A stretch of DNA of 64,000 bases, taken from positions 5,871 through 69,870 of the forward strand of contig JANPCZ010000120.1 in the NCBI GenBank assembly GCA_031431215.1. Reading direction: 5' to 3'. Below are positions 60,444-64,000 of the stretch, piece after piece (position 1 is the first letter of the stretch; each line of letters starts with the position of its first letter). This DNA is from Myxococcales bacterium (GTDB taxonomy: Bacteria; Myxococcota_A; Polyangia; Fen-1088). A program made the position numbers and the translations under genes. The notes beneath the pieces were generated by a model. The model was not told the DNA's origin. It made no database searches and saw only the letters and a list, made by a program, of their open reading frames with translations.

Positions 60444-61148
60444 ATGTACCGAAATACGCTACGCTCCTTCTGGCTCCTGGTCCCGGTTGCGCTGGCCGCG
60501 TCGTGCTCCAGCGGCTCCACCTCCCAGCCCATCTCGGGCAAGCTGGCGCTCGACACCTTCGACGGGCCGGTGGCCACGGTCCGGGCGTCGCGGCTGGGCG
60601 CGAACTCCATCGTGGCCCCTGTGGCTGCCGATGGCTCTTTCGCGCTGACGCTGCCGCGCGGCAAGCACTACCGGCTGGAATTCGTCGGCCCATCGGGCGC
60701 ACCGCGGCTGGTGTATCCGCGGCACGCGGGCTCGATTGATTCGTGGTTCGACGTGCGTGGTGGGGGCCGTCGCTTCGATCTGGGGATGGTTCGCTACATC
60801 GGCGATCCGAAGGACATGCCGATAGCCTTCACGCGGGTCGAGGTGTCGAGCGACGTCGACTGCGAGAACGGGCGTGACAAGAAGACCGGCGCGGTGTGCG
60901 TCGATGACGACAACGACGAGAACGAGAGCTGCGGCGACGACGACGACGGCGACAACGACGATGTCGAATGCGAAAACGGTAAGGACGCCAAGACCGGCCT
61001 CGCCTGTGAGGACGGCGGCAGCAGCAGCAGCAGTCCGACGATCGTGGCGGTTGCGGTGGCGGACCACAACGTGCCTGCGGTGATCGGCGGCTGCGACGAC
61101 GAGAACGAGGACGACGACGACAAGGACGAGCAGAAGGGCCGCAAGTAA
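60444..61148 (+). CDS. Acidic, Cys-containing repeat lipoprotein
   Basis: Lipobox LAASC. C-terminal duplicated unit DVDCENGRDKKTGAVC / DVECENGKDAKTGLAC embedded in poly-Asp/Glu tracts. Confidence 0.5.
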   Translation: MYRNTLRSFWLLVPVALAASCSSGSTSQPISGKLALDTFDGPVATVRASRLGANSIVAPVAADGSFALTLPRGKHYRLEFVGPSGAPRLVYPRHAGSIDSWFDVRGGGRRFDLGMVRYIGDPKDMPIAFTRVEVSSDVDCENGRDKKTGAVCVDDDNDENESCGDDDDGDNDDVECENGKDAKTGLACEDGGSSSSSPTIVAVAVADHNVPAVIGGCDDENEDDDDKDEQKGRK

Positions 61149-61177
61149 CCGGGTCCCAGGTCCGAGTGAAACGCCTG

Positions 61178-62203
61178 ATGCGCAGCGGGCGCCGATTGAT
61201 GGCGCCGGGCCGGGCGGGGCGCGCTTCAAGCGTGTTCCGCTCGGTGTTTCTCATGGCGCTGCTGGCGCTGGCGACACCGGGCGGGCGGCCCGCGGCGGCG
61301 TGTGGACCAGCGGCGCTGCTGGTCGGGCCACCCGGCCTCACGCAAGCGGTGGCGGCGTCTCTGGCGAGGAGTGGCATCGCGACCCGGGAGGCGCCAGGGT
61401 GTGCGCCGGTGCGGGTGCGGCTGGATCGCCGTGACGGGGCCATCGACCTGTCGATCGACGACGGATACGGGCGACACAGTGAGCGGCGGGTCGGCAGCGC
61501 CGATACCGTCGCCGCTTTGGTCGAGAGCTGGGCACGCGCGGATCTCGCCGATGATCTGCTGGTGCGTGGGCCTGCGTCCGACACGATCGCTGCGCCGGCC
61601 GCGCCGCTGGCGCTGGCCGCGACTGCGGCCCCAGCCGCCGCACCTGCGCCGGCTCCTTCGCGCCGCTTCGGCGTGGGCGTGGCGGGCGAGTCGTCGATCG
61701 CCAGCGACGCGACGTTGTGGCTGGGTGCGAGCGCGGGCGGCTGCGCGCGCGTAGGACCGCTGTGCGCTGGCGCGCTGGCTCGACTGGGCGCCGATCAGGG
61801 TTTGTCGGGGGCTTCGCGCCAGCGCGGGGCGAGCCGTCTGGGCTTCGACGTCCTCATGGCCGCGAGCGTGCCGTTGTCGCTGGGTCCGGTGGCGCTGGCA
61901 CCAGGCGCCGGCGTCGGCGTGGGCTGGCTGCGCAGCCGTGCGCCGGCCACGGACGCCGGGGTCGGCGGCGCGGGCAGGGGTGAGCAGGAGGGCGACAGCG
62001 AGAACGACAGCGGCGGCCTCCGCGCCGAAGTGTCGATGGCGGTGCTGGTGCCGCTCGGACGCGAGCTGTCGTTGAGTCTCATCGCGGCCGCCGACATCGC
62101 CCCGCTGGCGCGGGCGTCCCAGATGCAGTCCGACGACGCCGTGCCGCGCGAGCCCTGGGCCTACCTGCGACTTGGCGCTGGCCTGCGATGGGGCACGCCA
62201 TGA
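61178..62203 (+). CDS. Secreted Ala-rich hypothetical protein
   Basis: ATG 61178. Signal peptide FLMALLALATPGGRPAAA. No recognisable domain. Precedes the ECF sigma gene. Confidence 0.4.
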   Translation: MRSGRRLMAPGRAGRASSVFRSVFLMALLALATPGGRPAAACGPAALLVGPPGLTQAVAASLARSGIATREAPGCAPVRVRLDRRDGAIDLSIDDGYGRHSERRVGSADTVAALVESWARADLADDLLVRGPASDTIAAPAAPLALAATAAPAAAPAPAPSRRFGVGVAGESSIASDATLWLGASAGGCARVGPLCAGALARLGADQGLSGASRQRGASRLGFDVLMAASVPLSLGPVALAPGAGVGVGWLRSRAPATDAGVGGAGRGEQEGDSENDSGGLRAEVSMAVLVPLGRELSLSLIAAADIAPLARASQMQSDDAVPREPWAYLRLGAGLRWGTP

Positions 62204-62250
62204 TCGGCAAGCTGTTGCCCTTTCGCCGCTCGCCGCCTGCGGTCCTCGAC

Positions 62251-62793
62251 ATGTCCGACGCTGCGCTGGTCGCGGCCTGCTCCACGGGTGATCCAGGCGC
62301 ACTGGGCGCGCTTTACGATCGCTATGCGGCCGATGTCTACCGCTTTCTCGGCCGCCTGCGCGGCGCCGACGCGCGCGATCTTGAGGATCTGTTGCAGGTG
62401 ACATTTCTCGAAGCCGGGCGCGGTGCGCGTCGGTTTCGCGGTGGCGCGTCGGTCAGAACCTGGATCTTTGCCGTCGCTGCCAACGTCGTTCGCCACCACG
62501 CCCGGGGCGAGGGGCGCCGCCGCATCTTGGTCGACAGCTTCACCGCGTTGCCCGTGGACCGGGCCGTCTCGCCGGCCGATGCGGCCGAGCAGCGGCAATT
62601 GATCGAGCGCCTGGCCGGTGCGGTTGCGGACCTGGACGAGGATCTGCGAGTTGCCTTCGTCATGTGTGATCTGGAGGAGATACCGGGCGTGGAGGCGGCG
62701 CGCGTGCTGGGGGTGCGCCCCGGCACGATGTGGCGGAGGCTGCACGACGCGCGCGTGAGACTGCGCCTTGCTGTCGAGAAGGAGGTCCCATGA
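62251..62793 (+). CDS. ECF-type RNA polymerase sigma factor
   Basis: ATG 62251 (MSDAALVAACSTGDPGALGALYDRY). Region 2 DLLQVTFLEA and region 4 EIPGVEAARVLGVRPGTMWRRL. Confidence 0.85.
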   Translation: MSDAALVAACSTGDPGALGALYDRYAADVYRFLGRLRGADARDLEDLLQVTFLEAGRGARRFRGGASVRTWIFAVAANVVRHHARGEGRRRILVDSFTALPVDRAVSPADAAEQRQLIERLAGAVADLDEDLRVAFVMCDLEEIPGVEAARVLGVRPGTMWRRLHDARVRLRLAVEKEVP

Positions 62794-64000
62794 GGTACGA
62801 ACCGACATCATGTCCCGACGGTGCGTCGCGGGCGCGCGCGATGGCGGCGGGCGCAGAGCCAGATCTGCGCGCACATCTCGACGGTTGCGCGCACTGCCGC
62901 GCCGAGCAGGCCGCCATGGATCGTGTGCGCGAGCTGGGGCAGCGGATCCCGGTCGCGTCTCTGACGGCGGTCGCGCACGACGAGTTGCGAGTGGCGCTGG
63001 TCTCGCGGGCCGGGGCGGCACAGGCTGTCACGCCCGCGACGCGCGCGCGTCTCGGGGCATGGCTGCTGGCGCCGATCGGCGCGGTGGCAGCGGCCGCTGC
63101 GCTGTTGCTGGTCTTCGGCCGGGCCCCGCACACGGCCACGGCGCCGGTGCGCACGCCAGGGCCGATGGCCGCCGCGGCGACGATGTCCGCGACGCCGGTG
63201 ACGCCGTCGATCACGATCCAGCGCGCCAAGGTAAGCGCGCGGCCCGGCACAGTGTTCTCTCGGCAAGGATCGCAGCCCGATGAGATCGTGCGCCTGCGCG
63301 AGGGCACGGTGGCGGTCGAGGTCACGCGGCTGCAGCCCGGCGAGAGGTTCCGGGTGGTGACCGGTGACGGTGAGGTCGAGGTGCGGGGGACCGCGTTCGA
63401 GGTCACGGCCAGAGGCGATCGCCTGGACCACGTCCGGGTGCTGCATGGCCGCGTCGAGGTTCGTCCGGCCGGGCGCGGAGCCGCGCTGCTCGGGGCGGGC
63501 GACGAATGGAACGTCAGCAGCGGCAGCGCCGCGGAATCGGTGAAAGTTCCCACCAGGGCGCGGGAGCGCCTGGCGAGCTTGGCGCGATCCGATCGCGTCG
63601 TCGCCGCCCCACCCGAGCAGCCGCCGGCCGATCCCGGGTCGGAATCGGAGCGGCACTTCCGCGCCGGTTGGACGGCGCTTCGATCAGGCGACGCTGCTGC
63701 CGCGGTGCTAGCCTTCGAGCTGGGGCAGCGCAGTCCGGGCGCGACCGCGCTGAAAGAGGATCTGGATTTCTGGCGGGCGGTCGCTCTCGCTCGCGCCGGT
63801 CGTGTCGGCGACGCGCGTGCTTCGCTCGACGAGTTCCTTGATCGTCACGCGGCGTCCCCGCGCGCTGGCGAGGCCGCGGCCATGGTTGGCTGGCTGCTAC
63901 TTGATGCCGGCGATCTCGACGGTGCCGCCGCACGCTTCACACTTGCCGCGGGCGATCACGCCGACCAGGCCCGCCGCAGCGGCCGCGAGGGTTTGCAAGC
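62790..64000 (+). CDS. Anti-sigma factor (zf-HC2, TM helix, FecR-like domain, TPR-like C-terminus), partial; runs off the window end
   Basis: ATG 62790 overlaps the sigma gene's TGA (ATGA). HLDGCAHCRAEQ zinc motif. TM helix AWLLAPIGAVAAAAALLLVF. FecR-like RFRVVTGDGEVEVRGTAFEV. Not in the ORF track because it has no in-window stop. Confidence 0.7.
   Translation, partial: MRYEPTSCPDGASRARAMAAGAEPDLRAHLDGCAHCRAEQAAMDRVRELGQRIPVASLTAVAHDELRVALVSRAGAAQAVTPATRARLGAWLLAPIGAVAAAAALLLVFGRAPHTATAPVRTPGPMAAAATMSATPVTPSITIQRAKVSARPGTVFSRQGSQPDEIVRLREGTVAVEVTRLQPGERFRVVTGDGEVEVRGTAFEVTARGDRLDHVRVLHGRVEVRPAGRGAALLGAGDEWNVSSGSAAESVKVPTRARERLASLARSDRVVAAPPEQPPADPGSESERHFRAGWTALRSGDAAAAVLAFELGQRSPGATALKEDLDFWRAVALARAGRVGDARASLDEFLDRHAASPRAGEAAAMVGWLLLDAGDLDGAAARFTLAAGDHADQARRSGREGLQ

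Overview
This 64 kb window is very GC-rich (about 70% by eye, with strong GC3 bias). It is gene-dense chromosomal DNA whose content points to a Myxococcota (Sorangiineae-like) genome: a FrzS-like pseudo-receiver/coiled-coil protein, many lipoproteins with Gly-rich linkers, ECF sigma/anti-sigma pairs and cysteine-rich repeat proteins. All calls rest on reading the translated ORFs for motifs; no database search was possible. I support about 57 protein-coding genes. Housekeeping genes are uvrC, argB, argC, hflX, secA, anmK, murQ, dapA, dapB and ribF. Transport genes are a MacB-type permease with three tandem HlyD adaptors, MMPL, MFS and EamA transporters. There are two ECF sigma/anti-sigma pairs, one vapBC pair, and a pentaheme c-type cytochrome next to a DUF2330 protein. 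Several secreted or lipoproteins of unknown function are present, two of them very large cysteine-rich tandem-repeat proteins. I saw no rRNA, tRNA, CRISPR array, transposase or integrase. Many ORF-track entries are antisense or N-terminally over-extended GC artefacts. I trimmed starts where a signal peptide, Shine-Dalgarno motif or stop/start overlap (ATGA, GTGA, TGATG) made the true start clear. The most unusual structure is a pair of 93-bp imperfect direct repeats (50579-50671 and 52001-52093). They bracket a roughly 1.3 kb insertion carrying a minimal nucleotidyltransferase plus a translationally coupled small ORF. The insertion split an ancestral head-to-head hydrolase/methyltransferase pair and left reciprocal gene stubs. 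Other items worth a second look: a co-directional block of FGE-fold protein, Tat-exported oxidoreductase, amidase, three HlyD adaptors and an ATPase-less MacB permease (406-10088); the two cysteine-rich repeat lipoproteins; a decayed GntR/UTRA regulator remnant; and a possible MupP/MurU-like pair near anmK-murQ.
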